A DNA stretch of 64,000 nucleotides from Octopus bimaculoides (taxonomy: Eukaryota), in the NCBI RefSeq assembly GCF_001194135.2, contig NC_068988.1:14702081-14766080 (forward strand), given 5' to 3'. Shown piece after piece: positions 62,655 through 64,000 of this stretch (positions within the stretch are counted from its first letter, which is position 1; every line of letters starts with the position of its first letter). The translations under genes and the position numbers were made by a program. The notes below the pieces were generated by a model that was given only the letters and a program-made list of their open reading frames with translations, ran no database searches and was not told where the DNA came from.

Positions 62655-62970
62655 TGCATACTTTGGAAAGGATAAAAACCCTGCTTCAGTCATCAATGAC
62701 CACAGAATTGCACCTAGAAAGTGTCCCTGCGAGGCACAAGTCAGAGCAGGGGTTTTTTATGGAAGACCAGCAGTCACCCATGCATACCAGCCTCCCCTCT
62801 CTCCACCGCTAATGTTATCCAATAGAATGATAAAGGCCGATACAGCTTGGCACCAGTGATATTGGAAGTCATTTCTACGGCTAAGTGACCTGGAGCAACG
62901 TGAAATAAAGTGTCTTGCTCAAGAATACAACACACAGCCTGGTCTGGGAATTGAATTCACTACCACATGT
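62655..62970 (-). mobile_element. tRNA-headed SINE (family D-related head, different body)
   Basis: Head (minus) gtagtgaattcaattcccagaccaggctgtgtgttgtattcttgagcaagacactttatttcacgttgctccag matches the heads at 17556 and 36708. Confidence 0.6.
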
Positions 62971-63947
62971 GACATGTGCTCACAGCCATATATGTGTATG
63001 TACATGTGTCTGTATCTCTATATGTGTGTGTCTGTATCTGCATCTGTGCATGTGTGTGTGTGTGTGTGTGTGCGTGCATGCATGCGTGTGTGTGTGTGTG
63101 TCTTCTTTTTTTGACATTAAATGGCAGTTGTAAATCAGTGTCACTATCATACAAGTGGTTATTCATTTCCACTCTTTCATGAAAAACATGTCTGGCCTTA
63201 CGAAAATATTCTTTTCTGCTCTAGGCACAAGGCCTGAAATTTTGGTGGAGGTGGCCAGTCAATTAGATCGACCCCTAATACGCAACAGATACTTAATTTA
63301 TCAACCCCGAAAGGATGAAAGGCAAAGTCAACCTCGGCGGAATTTGAACTCAGAAGGTAACGAGAGATGAAATACCGCTAAGCTTGACAACCAATGTTGC
63401 ACGTTTACATCCCAATAACTTAGCAGTTTGGCAAAAGAAACCAACAGAATAAGTACCAGGCTTTAAAAGAAATAAGAACTGGGGTCCATTTGTCTGACTA
63501 AAATTCTTCAAGGCGGTGCCCCAGCATGGCCACAGTCTAATGACTAAAACAAATAAAAGATAAATGATTCAGCAATGAAGACAAGTTTTCCTCTGTATAT
63601 TTATGATAGCCTCAAGAGTATAAATGAGCATGGATTATTGATGGAAAGCACCTGGACTTTGTTAGCCACATTCCTGCTTTTATACCTTTGTATATACAAT
63701 TTGCCTAAACAACAAGCATATGTCATTCATTGACATTTATCTGACTGCTCTCTACCTCACTGTTATAAAGAATGGGCACTGTCAAGGGTCCTCTGAAGGT
63801 TAACGAATATAATCTGTCATTGAAAGTCATACTGGCTTTCTTTATTTGCATATCCTTAATTGTTTCAATCAACTATATTCCATTAAATCCCCCTGTATAT
63901 GCCCTTCAGAAAATAGCTCTCTCTTCCTCATGTGCTTTTTGTGTGAG

Positions 63948-64000
<53 letters not shown>

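Overview
AT-rich, microsatellite- and SINE-dense animal genomic scaffold with about a dozen N gaps. The repeat families point to an octopus; this is inferred, not searched. The only gene I can support is the 5' part of an FCHO1/2 (F-BAR/muniscin) orthologue on the minus strand. It has seven coding exons: 59158-59184/59193, 43748-43839, 12999-13073, 10313-10454, 6649-6720, 3468-3548 and 240-264. All have canonical splice sites and join in frame: (MSI)[171 protein letters not shown]. The gene continues beyond base 1. The introns (about 15 kb, 31 kb and four of 2.5-3.6 kb) hold three tRNA-headed SINE families, RTE 3' ends, CR1/Jockey and R4/Dong LINE relics, and hAT, piggyBac-like and Tc1/mariner MITEs. 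Most interesting are two different type I hammerhead-ribozyme cores with palindromic stem III in intron 1, both in gene sense. One lies inside a 190-bp, 96%-identical foldback resembling a Penelope-like/retrozyme inverted repeat. Also noted: a 72-bp-arm hairpin, a candidate internal promoter with an in-phase alternative first exon in intron 2, a candidate 24-nt UGC-type microexon, a uORF whose stop overlaps the start codon (TAATG), and a five-copy tandem SINE array at the promoter. Most supplied ORFs are N-gap or microsatellite artefacts.
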